Source: an uncultured Alphaproteobacteria bacterium (GTDB taxonomy: Bacteria > Pseudomonadota > Alphaproteobacteria > RF32 > CAG-239). From it: 64,000 bases of DNA. Where the stretch lies: the NCBI GenBank assembly GCA_964017825.1, contig CAXHMA010000001.1:83928-147927 (forward strand). Direction: 5' to 3'. Numbering within the stretch: position 1 is the stretch's first letter; each line of letters begins with the position of its first letter. A program made the position numbers and the translations under genes. This document shows positions 56,005 to 64,000 of this stretch, in pieces. The notes below the pieces were generated by a model, which had not been told where the DNA came from, did not search any database, and saw nothing but the letters and a program-made list of their open reading frames with translations.

Positions 56005-56340
56005 TCAGTTTTTCAGCACTTGCAGCCCTTCATATTCCGCTTCAATAATCCCGCCGACAACAACCGCAACATTCGGATAGCCGGCCTCTTCGAATTTTTC
56101 GGCAACCTCAGACGCCACGCCGCCGGACGTACATAAAATATTCACGAGTTTTTTCCCGTTAGGGTTATATTCTGCCATAAATCTCTCGGGATCAACTTCG
56201 TCGGCTTTAATCACCACATGCGGAAGGGCCAGACGTTCCTGTGCATATTCGCTTTCGCTGCGCACATCCAAAATGATTGAGTCTTTATCCAGACTTTCAG
56301 GCTTAACAAAACGCATGTTTCCCTCCTTCTTACCTTTCAA
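56005..56340 (-). CDS. Single-domain rhodanese-like protein.
   Basis: Cys in CTSGGVAS active-site loop; 111 aa. Confidence 0.6.
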   Translation of the reverse strand: MKGKKEGNMRFVKPESLDKDSIILDVRSESEYAQERLALPHVVIKADEVDPERFMAEYNPNGKKLVNILCTSGGVASEVAEKFEEAGYPNVAVVVGGIIEAEYEGLQVLKN

Positions 56341-56442
56341 ACATAAGCCTGATACGCTTTTGTTAAACCTCTATTTTAGTTTTAACGCTATACCCCCGGG
56401 GCATAAAAGAAGCGCCTGTTTTCACAAGCGCTCGAAGAAAAG

Positions 56443-57219
56443 CTAAATGCTGTTGATTTTGTATTCTATGCCGCTGTCGCTGACATCTAAGATTTCCAAT
56501 TCTATACCGTCAATAGACACATTCTTGTCATACATCGGAAATCTGTATGTTTTTTGCTCTTCCATATCCAAATCACCGTTCGGGCGCACTGATGAATACT
56601 TAAAGACCATTTGGTAATTTTCAATTCCGGCATAACGAACTTCAAACCCGGATATAACATCTTCGTTTCCGACACGGTTTTCAACTTCGTTCTTAAAGAT
56701 GACATCCGCCGGTTCCAAAATGAAAGAAGTCTTCAACAGAGCCAGCCTGTCATTAAAAATCCGCCCCACGCGTTTGTAAATCTTCCCCTGTTTGTCAATC
56801 AAAATGACATCACCGATACTGCTCGGCTCAACAAGGCGGTAAACTTTTCCGTTAATTTCGGATTCGCCGATTGTCCTGTATACTTTCTCATCAGAAAACT
56901 CTACAGGCACGGTATAAGAAACCAAAGCGCCTTTCACACTCGGACGGACAAACTCTTCCGAATAAACATCTTTTTGCAAAATTTTCGATGAAACGACAAT
57001 TCCTCCCGGAACGGCATAACGCACAACGCCGAGCTTGTAATCGCTGACGGTTTCCGTTTCTTTGCTGACATGATCAAACGCATCCGTATCATAATATTTT
57101 ATATTATATGTATAAAAGAAGTCATTAAACGTATTGCGCCGCCCTAATGTATAATCTCCTTTAAGATACGAACAGGCCGCCACCGCCAAAACACTCAAAC
57201 CGATAAATATTTTTTTCAT
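56443..57219 (-). CDS. Lipoprotein, hypothetical.
   Basis: MKKIFIGLSVLAVAAC lipobox. Confidence 0.5.
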   Translation of the reverse strand: MKKIFIGLSVLAVAACSYLKGDYTLGRRNTFNDFFYTYNIKYYDTDAFDHVSKETETVSDYKLGVVRYAVPGGIVVSSKILQKDVYSEEFVRPSVKGALVSYTVPVEFSDEKVYRTIGESEINGKVYRLVEPSSIGDVILIDKQGKIYKRVGRIFNDRLALLKTSFILEPADVIFKNEVENRVGNEDVISGFEVRYAGIENYQMVFKYSSVRPNGDLDMEEQKTYRFPMYDKNVSIDGIELEILDVSDSGIEYKINSI

Positions 57220-57256
57220 AATATAATCTCTTTTTAACGTTTTCCTCATTATATTT

Positions 57257-58171
57257 ATGCAACGTTATTTGAAACTTGTAAATAAAAAAGGCGAACCTAT
57301 GCATAACAATTCTCAAAGCTGCACCTTAATTAAATTTTTACCGCAGGAAACAATGCCGGAAATCGAAGCGGAATTTTTAGATGAAACTTTCGACGTCGTC
57401 GCCATCAACTACACGGATAACGGGCTGGAAGAATACGTCTGTTATGCGCCGCTGAATTTTGACGCCGAAACATTCCGCAAATCCGTTGCCGCGCAAAACT
57501 TAAATTTGCCGCCGTTTACGGTTGAAATTTTGGAAAGCAGGAACTGGCTTACCGAAAATGTTATCAAATTTGCCCCGTATGAAATCAAAGATTTCCTGAT
57601 TTACGGCATACATGAGGCAGCCTGCCCGCAAACCGATAAAATCCCCGTGCAGGTCTACGCTGCCACCGCGTTCGGCTCCGAACACCAGACAACCAAAATG
57701 TGCTTGACCGCCATCAGTGAGCTTTATCATCAGGCACCCGCCCCGAAAAACATTCTGGATATGGGAACAGGCTCAGGCATCCTTTCCATTGCCGCCGCCA
57801 AAATCTGGGAGAATAAGCCGCAGATAATCGCAGCTGATATTGACCCGGAATCGGTGGATGTCACCGCCAACAATGCCGTTACCGATAACGTCGAAACAAA
57901 CATAACCGCCGTATTGAGCGACGGTTATCAAAATCCGCTTATCCAAACCCGGGCGCCCTATGATATGATATTTGCCAATATCCTTGCCAATCCGTTAAAA
58001 GAAATGACACCCCATGCTTACCAAAGCTTAAAAGAAGGCGGTTATTATCTTATATCAGGCTTTATAGAACCGCAGGAAGCAGATATATTGGAACATCATC
58101 GCAAAGCCGGTTTTAACATCGTCAAAACTTATCAGGACGAAAATTGGCGTGCCGCCCTGCTGCAAAAATAA
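57257..58171 (+). CDS. prmA: Ribosomal protein L11 methyltransferase (start may be internal Met at 57299).
   Basis: LDMGTGSGILSIAAAK SAM motif; DIDP; C-terminal GGYYLISG. Confidence 0.75.
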   Translation: MQRYLKLVNKKGEPMHNNSQSCTLIKFLPQETMPEIEAEFLDETFDVVAINYTDNGLEEYVCYAPLNFDAETFRKSVAAQNLNLPPFTVEILESRNWLTENVIKFAPYEIKDFLIYGIHEAACPQTDKIPVQVYAATAFGSEHQTTKMCLTAISELYHQAPAPKNILDMGTGSGILSIAAAKIWENKPQIIAADIDPESVDVTANNAVTDNVETNITAVLSDGYQNPLIQTRAPYDMIFANILANPLKEMTPHAYQSLKEGGYYLISGFIEPQEADILEHHRKAGFNIVKTYQDENWRAALLQK

Positions 58172-58184
58172 AGGAGTATCTAAA

Positions 58185-59861
58185 ATGAATATAAAGAGCA
58201 TCCGGAAAAAGCTGAAAGAGGAAAGATTAAACGGCTGTCTCATTACGCTCGGCAATATGTTTATTGATGAAGACATCCTCCCCGAAGAAAACCGTATCAT
58301 GGCTCTGACCGGCTTTTCGGGCTCTTATGCCCTGCTTTTCATCACACCGGCAAAAGCTTACCTCTTTGTCGACGGGCGTTACGAAATTCAGGCTAAAAAA
58401 GAAATTAATTTCCGACAAACCGAAATCGTCAAACTCTCCGAAATCTGTTTTGCCGATTGGCTCAAAAAGAACATGCCCAAAACCAGCGCACGCATCAGTT
58501 ATAACCCGTGGACATTAAGTCTGCAAAACCTGGCCGAACTGCAAACCCGATTCCCTCAAACGGAGTTTGTTCCCGAAACCGGTGCCGATATGCTGTTAAG
58601 TCCCAAAAAGGTAAAAGTATTTGTGCACCAGAAAAAAAACGCCGGCTTATCCGTCAAAGAAAAACTCGCCCTTGTCTGCGCTTATCTCAAAAAACAAAAG
58701 CTTGACGCCTTTTTGGTCACTTCTGCTGCGGCTTCCTCCTGGTTGATAAACCTACGCTCCGACGCCCTGCCCTACACGCCGCTCCTGCGCGCTTATGTGC
58801 TGGTGGAAAAAAGCGGCGCACATAAAGTTTTCGCCGAAAATACGGATTTAAAAGAAGCTCTGCCTTTCGGCGGATTGCAAAAAGAGCTTTCCAAATATGG
58901 CAGGCTCGGCGCTGATTTTACAACGGCGCCCGCCATGCTGAAAACTATTGCCCACGAAATCATCAACACGCCGGATGAAATCATAACCCTTAAAGCCGTC
59001 AAAAACCCGACTGAACTGAAAGGCTTCCGCAATGCCCACCTGCGTGACGGCGTTGCCTTAACCAAATTTATGTATTGGCTCTCTAAAAACTATAAAGGCA
59101 AAAGCGAAACCGATATCGCCGACAAATTGCTAAACTTCCGCCAAAAAGAACTGAATTTCTTTTCCGAAAGTTTTGCAACCATTGCCGGCTTCGGCTCCAA
59201 CGCCGCCATTGTACATTATCATGCCTGCAAAGAAACCGCCGCCGAATTGAAGAAAGGCTCCGTCCTGCTTCTGGACAGCGGCGGACAATACTTTGACGGC
59301 ACCACGGACGTTACCCGCACCATTGCCCTCGGCGACCCGACACCGGATATGATAGAAAAAAACACACTGGTTCTAAAAGCTCATATAGCGCTTGCCTCCG
59401 CCGTTTTTCCTGAAAACACTGCCGGCAACGAGCTTGACCTTTTGGCACGCCAACCGCTTTTAAAACAGGGCTTGGATTATGAACACGGCACGGGGCACGG
59501 AGTCGGCTTCTTCTCCGACGTTCACGAAGGTCCTGCGCGCATCTCAATCCATGCCAAGAAAAGCGCACCGCTTGCCGCCGGCATGGTCACCTCCATCGAG
59601 CCGGGATACTATAAGGAAAACGCGTTCGGTATCCGCATTGAAAATCTTTATTATGTGAAACCAGCCAAAAATCCCAAATTCCTTAATTTTGCCGTTTTAA
59701 CGCTTGCCCTGCTTGATAAAAAGCTTATCAATAAATATCTTTTATCGGCAGACGAATTGGACTGGCTCAACCGTTATCACCGGCAGGTCTTTTTAAGCTT
59801 GAAGAAATACCTGACCAAACAGGAACTGGAATGGTTTAAAGACGCCTGCGCTCCGCTTTAA
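58185..59861 (+). CDS. pepP: M24B Xaa-Pro aminopeptidase family protein.
   Basis: AAGGAG RBS; creatinase N-domains; HGTGHGVG metal site; EPGYY. Confidence 0.8.
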   Translation: MNIKSIRKKLKEERLNGCLITLGNMFIDEDILPEENRIMALTGFSGSYALLFITPAKAYLFVDGRYEIQAKKEINFRQTEIVKLSEICFADWLKKNMPKTSARISYNPWTLSLQNLAELQTRFPQTEFVPETGADMLLSPKKVKVFVHQKKNAGLSVKEKLALVCAYLKKQKLDAFLVTSAAASSWLINLRSDALPYTPLLRAYVLVEKSGAHKVFAENTDLKEALPFGGLQKELSKYGRLGADFTTAPAMLKTIAHEIINTPDEIITLKAVKNPTELKGFRNAHLRDGVALTKFMYWLSKNYKGKSETDIADKLLNFRQKELNFFSESFATIAGFGSNAAIVHYHACKETAAELKKGSVLLLDSGGQYFDGTTDVTRTIALGDPTPDMIEKNTLVLKAHIALASAVFPENTAGNELDLLARQPLLKQGLDYEHGTGHGVGFFSDVHEGPARISIHAKKSAPLAAGMVTSIEPGYYKENAFGIRIENLYYVKPAKNPKFLNFAVLTLALLDKKLINKYLLSADELDWLNRYHRQVFLSLKKYLTKQELEWFKDACAPL

Positions 59862-59885
59862 CCCTGAGATAAAAGGTTCTCAACC

Positions 59886-60308
59886 ATGCGTTTTTGGATA
59901 GCACTCTGGACGGCTGTCGCTCTGCTTTGCCCTGTTTCTTTCGCAGAGCAGGGCACTTTGCAAAACCTCTATGTCAATCCGAAAGGCAGAACCCTGCCCG
60001 AAGCCGTCATTTTTTATAACTCGGCAAACACCTGCGAACACTGCCCCGAAGCTATAAATATGCTCATCAGCGTCTTAAAGCAAAACTACCGCGGCAGGCT
60101 CCACGCTTATCTGATAGACGTGCAGAAAAAGCCTGAGTTCATAGACGCCTTCCGTTTAAGCGGTCCGTTAAACCTTGTCGTTATCCGCATTTCCGACGGC
60201 GCCGCATTCGGCTACGATAAAATGTCGGGCTTGCAGAGCCGCATCGGCAGTCCCGAAGATTTTTCAAGAGCCGTTACTGAATTTATCAATAATTTTTTAG
60301 GCTTCTAA
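59886..60308 (+). CDS. Periplasmic thioredoxin-fold protein (CEHC).
   Basis: Signal peptide; CxxC motif. Confidence 0.5.
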   Translation: MRFWIALWTAVALLCPVSFAEQGTLQNLYVNPKGRTLPEAVIFYNSANTCEHCPEAINMLISVLKQNYRGRLHAYLIDVQKKPEFIDAFRLSGPLNLVVIRISDGAAFGYDKMSGLQSRIGSPEDFSRAVTEFINNFLGF

Positions 60309-60398
60309 ACTAAAAATTAGGATTTCAACAGCTAATGTCAAATATATTGCACCATACCGTTTTTTATGATATAATCATAAAAGGCAAAGGAGAATAGA

Positions 60399-61037
60399 AT
60401 GAACAAATTGTTTAACTGGCTCAAATCATTGGCAAACAGCGAACCGGCATACATTAAGCCGCAAAAATTCGTTGACATTAAACGCGATGCTTCGGTTGTT
60501 AATTTTATCCACCCCGGACATCCGCTGTATGACAATATCGTTGCCAAAGAGGAAAACCAGCTCCGCATTAAAGCCCCGAACGAAACGGCTTATAACGAAA
60601 CCAGTCTGACCCATAATTTTGTTGCCATTGTTACATATGACCGCCAAAATTATCTGGTAATAAATTCATTCAAGCATTTCAAAGAACAAAGCATCGGCGG
60701 CCTTTTGCAGTTTGATGAAAACATCAGCAATGTCATTCCTTTCTTTGAAAACGAAGAAGAATACCAAACCGCAAGCGATTATGTCTTTCGGGAAACCTAT
60801 GAATATGACCACCCGGTGGAACACTACGCTTTCATTGCCGAAGAAAATAACAAAAGTATTAAAATCACGCTTGACCGCGGCAAAAAGCCCGTTACCGTTA
60901 AGATGATAGACACCATGCGCGAGCTGTTTACCGCCAAACTCACACAAGAGCAGATTGAAATGTTGGACTACATTGTCATCCCGGCGCTCAATGCATATAA
61001 CGAGATTCAGGAACGCCGCAGAAAAAAAGTTTCATAA
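60399..61037 (+). CDS. Hypothetical protein (212 aa).
   Basis: AAGGAG RBS; followed by terminator. Confidence 0.5.
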   Translation: MNKLFNWLKSLANSEPAYIKPQKFVDIKRDASVVNFIHPGHPLYDNIVAKEENQLRIKAPNETAYNETSLTHNFVAIVTYDRQNYLVINSFKHFKEQSIGGLLQFDENISNVIPFFENEEEYQTASDYVFRETYEYDHPVEHYAFIAEENNKSIKITLDRGKKPVTVKMIDTMRELFTAKLTQEQIEMLDYIVIPALNAYNEIQERRRKKVS

Positions 61038-61038
61038 C

Positions 61039-61067
61039 AAAAAGGAGAGCCCGAAGCTCTCCTTTTT
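61039..61067. terminator. Bidirectional intrinsic terminator.
   Basis: AAAAAGGAGAGCCCGAAGCTCTCCTTTTT. Confidence 0.7.
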
Positions 61068-61070
61068 AAG

Positions 61071-62045
61071 TCAGATAAAGACGATACCTTTTCCCATACC
61101 GGCGCAAATAACCTTTTTGCCTTTCAAAATGTGGAAAATCTCACCGGCATAGTCCAGCATGACGTCCTCCGGCGAACAGGCTTGCAGCACGACCGGCCTT
61201 CCGTCGGCAGTCCGCCCGACGGTATCTCTGCCGCAGCTCATAAATGTACCGTATGACACAACGTTAAAAATGCCGTCTTTCACCAAACGCCCGCCGGCAA
61301 ACAGCGACCACTCCTCACCGCAGCGCTGCAAATATACACCCGACGAAGTCATCACGATACCGTCCGACCGAAAGCGAAATTTCAAACCGGTATAAACCGT
61401 CATAACGCTGCCCTCAGAGGGAGTAACGTGCAGAAATTCCGGCCCTTCAATACAAGACAGCGGCTTTTCGGCAACGGCAATGCTTCCGTCCGGCAGAAAT
61501 GCATAATAAGGAACATCAGAAAGCTCTCCCTCGAGTTTCAGCGTAAACATCGTGCGATACTGCAAAACGTTTTTTTCTCCCGAAGTCAGGATAAAGTACA
61601 ATTTGTTTCTCTGTTGCCGGACGTCAATTTCATCAGCTGAGATACAATTCGCCTTTGGAGCAACACTGTGTTTACTGACATCAAAATAACGCCATTCAGG
61701 CACGCCGCTCTGTTTCAGAAAGACCAAGGCTGTACCGTTCGCTGCAAAAACTACCGCACGGTCACCCTCGGCCCGACATTTTCCGGGGGAAAGGAAAAGT
61801 TTCCATTTTGCGCTGCCTTTTTCTCTTATCAGATGATAACCGTTAGGCGTCACCCATGCATCTTCCAAATCGCCGTAAATCTGTTGCTTACGATAATCAT
61901 ACAGTTTTACGATACCGTCTTTAAGAAGGGCATAGTACCCGGTCCCGAAAGCACGCGCCCCGTCAAAAACACCGAGGCTTTCACCGGTTTGCTGCCTCAC
62001 CACCATCTGCGGTGCAGCAAAAGGTTTAACAAATCTTGTTTCCAT
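61071..62045 (-). CDS. Hypothetical protein (324 aa).
   Basis: Long ORF, no family recognised. Confidence 0.5.
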   Translation of the reverse strand: METRFVKPFAAPQMVVRQQTGESLGVFDGARAFGTGYYALLKDGIVKLYDYRKQQIYGDLEDAWVTPNGYHLIREKGSAKWKLFLSPGKCRAEGDRAVVFAANGTALVFLKQSGVPEWRYFDVSKHSVAPKANCISADEIDVRQQRNKLYFILTSGEKNVLQYRTMFTLKLEGELSDVPYYAFLPDGSIAVAEKPLSCIEGPEFLHVTPSEGSVMTVYTGLKFRFRSDGIVMTSSGVYLQRCGEEWSLFAGGRLVKDGIFNVVSYGTFMSCGRDTVGRTADGRPVVLQACSPEDVMLDYAGEIFHILKGKKVICAGMGKGIVFI

Positions 62046-62201
62046 AAATTACATATATTTAAGATTAATAATTCACATACTGCTGTTTAATTGCTTCGTT
62101 TATAAATAAAAAATCATTCCGAGTCAAATATTTTCTACTTTAAAAACCGCGCGCAGAGATTATCTGAATCATACCGTTAATTCAATCAAAAGGAAGATAT
62201 C

Positions 62202-62279
62202 ATGAATAAAGTCATTACCTATCTCGTTTATATCTTAATCGCCGTCATCTTAATCTGGCTTATTCGCTCATTTATTTAA
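62202..62279 (+). CDS. Small hydrophobic peptide (25 aa: MNKVITYLVYILIAVILIWLIRSFI).
   Basis: AAGGAAG RBS; N-terminus paralogous to next ORF. Confidence 0.35.
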   Translation: MNKVITYLVYILIAVILIWLIRSFI

Positions 62280-62303
62280 ACACACGCCGCAAAGGAGGAA
62301 ATT

Positions 62304-62534
62304 ATGGGAAAACTCATCACCTACATTGTTTATTTTCTGGTTGCCGTCGCCATATATGTCTTAATCCGCGCGGCATATACCGGTACGATTAATTCCGACA
62401 CCACTATCGGCCAAGCCGCAACGGAAGTCAAAAACGGCAGCGTGGAAACCATCCGCGACATGAAAAACGAAGCAGCCTCAGCCATAGACAATATGGCCGC
62501 AGACAGCACCAACGCCGCCCCGCGGAATCAATAA
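62304..62534 (+). CDS. Small membrane-anchored protein (76 aa) with N-terminus paralogous to upstream peptide.
   Basis: GGAGG RBS; MGKLITYIVYFLVAVAIYVLIR TM helix. Confidence 0.45.
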   Translation: MGKLITYIVYFLVAVAIYVLIRAAYTGTINSDTTIGQAATEVKNGSVETIRDMKNEAASAIDNMAADSTNAAPRNQ

Positions 62535-62551
62535 TAACCCGACTCATAATC

Positions 62552-62585
62552 AAAAATCCCCGTGGTAATACCTCGGGGATTTTTC
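62552..62585. terminator. Bidirectional intrinsic terminator.
   Basis: AAAAATCCCCGTGGTAATACCTCGGGGATTTTT. Confidence 0.65.
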
Positions 62586-62597
62586 AAATTTTGCAAT

Positions 62598-62745
62598 CAG
62601 TTCACAAAATTACATATCCACTAAAAAACTGCGGAATTTTGCGAAATAATCGCGGATGTCCTGCGAGGGAGGGGAGTGTACAAAAGGTACATGACCCGAC
62701 CGATGACAGGCTTCCACCCGCGAATTAGTTCACAAAATTACACTG
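62598..62745 (+). repeat. Rep1 copy F flanked by 16-bp direct repeats AGTTCACAAAATTACA; 3 nt from rplQ stop.
   Basis: GGAATTTTGCGAAATAATCGCGGATGTCCTG, core GTGTACAAAAGGTACATG, tail CAGGCTTCCACCCGCGAATTAGTTCACAA. Confidence 0.75.
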
Positions 62746-62748
62746 TTT

Positions 62749-63201
62749 TTACGCGGCAGCTTCTTCGTTGCTGTTCGCAGCAGCTTCCGCAGCAGCCTTC
62801 TCTGCTTTAACGCGTTCAATGTCTTTCAAACCTTTGGCGTTAACATCTCTGTCAACCAATTCAATGATAGCCATCGGAGCGCAGTCACCGTATCTGAAAC
62901 CGGACTTCAACACGCGGGTATAACCGCCGTTGCGCTCTTTGTAACGCTCAGCCAAAACAGAAAAAAGCTTGGAAACGACTTCTTTGTCGCGCAGGAAAGA
63001 CAATGCCAAACGGCGTGAGTTCAAATCGCCTTTTTTGGCATATGTAATCATGCTTTCGGCAAAAGTTCTCAACTCTTTCGCTCTCGGCAGAGTGATTGTG
63101 ATTTGTTCGTGTGTCAACAAAGCGTTTGTCAGGTTGGCAAACAATGCTCTTCTCTGGCTTTTCGGCATATTAAAACGTCTGTGTGCGTCACCGTGTCTCA
63201 T
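62749..63201 (-). CDS. rplQ: 50S ribosomal protein L17.
   Basis: Start placed at MRHGDAHRR (the track ORF has a 47-aa spurious extension); conserved TLPRAKELRTFAESMITYAK, RVLKSGFRYGD. Confidence 0.85.
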   Translation of the reverse strand: MRHGDAHRRFNMPKSQRRALFANLTNALLTHEQITITLPRAKELRTFAESMITYAKKGDLNSRRLALSFLRDKEVVSKLFSVLAERYKERNGGYTRVLKSGFRYGDCAPMAIIELVDRDVNAKGLKDIERVKAEKAAAEAAANSNEEAAA

Positions 63202-63400
63202 ATTAGATTCCTTTCGTCTTTTTTCTGTGCTTCGGAACCCGAAGCGGATAATTACTAACGCCCGCACCACCTTCATGTATGCGGACAAACAGGAGAACCG
63301 TTGCCCCACCTCACCGACAAAACGCGGCAACATTAAGAACACCGATTCTCACAATCTGACACGGCTTATACACGATATCTTTTTATTTGTAAAGTGTTTT

Positions 63401-64000
63401 TTAACGGCTGCGACTGCTTATTGCCGCCAAAAGCGTAGGATCCATTTTACCGGTTGTGGTCGTTGTTACGCCGTCTTCACTCGTTTTTACCGTTCCATTC
63501 CCATTTTTATCAATATTTACATGCAATGTTGAAACGCTCTGATCTTCCGTTCCCGGATCGTCCTTGGTCACAGCGTTTACAGTAATGCCGCTCTCGCCGG
63601 TTTTAACCGTCCCCGCGGCAGAATACACAATATCACCGTCCCCGTCGCGTATGGTTACATTCCCGTTTATACGTGCCCCTGAACCTGTCGTCCTTCCGCT
63701 CATCTCCATCGTCATACCGTCGTGATCATCAACACGGGCAGAAAATCGACCTTGCGCATTCATATAAAAATCCATTTCTTCTTCGCCGCTCCGCGTACCG
63801 ACTCCCCTGGCCTCTCCGGTTTGCGGATTATATTGAACGGATGTTCTTTCTCCGGTATTTCCGTTTTCAAACAAATAACTATTGTCGGAATGTTGCCATC
63901 TGGAAGAACCGTTTACTATATTAACCCCTCTGTCATTATAAGAATATGCAACCGGTTCTCCGGTTTGCTCTCTTAAAACAGTTTTCAAATCATCATATTG
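63401..64000 (-). CDS. Gly/Thr/Asp-rich hypothetical protein, 5' end possibly beyond window.
   Basis: ORF open to window end; the track's start is a TTG; low-complexity GxG/T-rich repeats. Confidence 0.35.
   Translation of the reverse strand, partial: QYDDLKTVLREQTGEPVAYSYNDRGVNIVNGSSRWQHSDNSYLFENGNTGERTSVQYNPQTGEARGVGTRSGEEEMDFYMNAQGRFSARVDDHDGMTMEMSGRTTGSGARINGNVTIRDGDGDIVYSAAGTVKTGESGITVNAVTKDDPGTEDQSVSTLHVNIDKNGNGTVKTSEDGVTTTTTGKMDPTLLAAISSRSR

Noticed and set aside
57257-57298. N-terminal 14 codons of prmA ORF as coding
   Set aside because: Start is ambiguous: the first ATG is only 8 nt from the divergent lipoprotein gene start. An internal Met at 57299 with an AAAGG RBS is equally plausible. 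The gene is kept as annotated with this note.
16443-62745. Rep1 copies as a CRISPR array
   Set aside because: Copies are dispersed over 46 kb, each next to a different gene, with no regular repeat-spacer periodicity and no cas genes.
16443-62745. Rep1 copies as integron attC sites (3' of genes, same orientation)
   Set aside because: No attC R''/R' core motifs and no integrase. The flanked genes (adhE, pyk, grpE, rplQ) are housekeeping and are separated by large conserved operons.
1-64000. tRNA, rRNA, transposase or prophage genes
   Set aside because: No T-arm GGTTCGAATCC-like motifs with acceptor stems, no rRNA-like conserved blocks, no DDE/integrase-like ORFs.

Overview
This 64-kb window looks like an alphaproteobacterial chromosome segment. 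The lineage call rests on a GapR/DUF2312 protein, an alpha-type acpP, IHF-beta, a CcrM-like beta-class N6A methyltransferase, and an EIIA(Man)+HPr regulatory PTS pair. The gene content resembles a host-associated, amoeba-symbiont-like lineage: a fermentative adhE/ldh/pyk set and a Chlamydia-like arginine decarboxylase/antiporter pair. About 60 protein genes are supportable, mostly housekeeping: rfbB (5' truncated), a class A PBP, polA, lemA/TPM, mltG, fabF-acpP, ldh, adhE, pyk, gapR, rsmA-surA-lptD-lptFG, grpE, accD, ihfB, tsaB, EIIA-HPr-MTase, ftsH, folA-like, rnhB, prmA, pepP and rplQ. I found no tRNA, rRNA, CRISPR array or transposase.

The signals not explained by ordinary genes are:
1. 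A dispersed family of about 110-bp structured repeats (Rep1, 6 copies). Every copy has the same orientation and sits in the 3' UTR of a minus-strand gene. The stems show compensatory changes between copies.
2. A roughly 225-bp noncoding module (Rep2, 2 copies, about 90% nucleotide identity) fused upstream of two small XRE-type HTH genes that have diverged much further than the noncoding part.
3. A compact minus-strand operon at 25.2-30.5 kb. It encodes a signal-peptide-less protein with a C-terminal lytic-transglycosylase (SLT) domain, followed by five secreted cysteine-rich proteins. Several of these, plus a 24-aa remnant, share a nucleotide-identical 5' signal-peptide cassette. This looks like a candidate effector/immunity-style polymorphic locus.
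4. Two promoter-to-terminator noncoding transcripts (about 185 nt upstream of ftsH, about 325 nt upstream of a lipoprotein gene), a type-I-toxin-like small ORF, and tandem small hydrophobic peptides.

All homology and family assignments are from reading the translations by eye. No database search was run.
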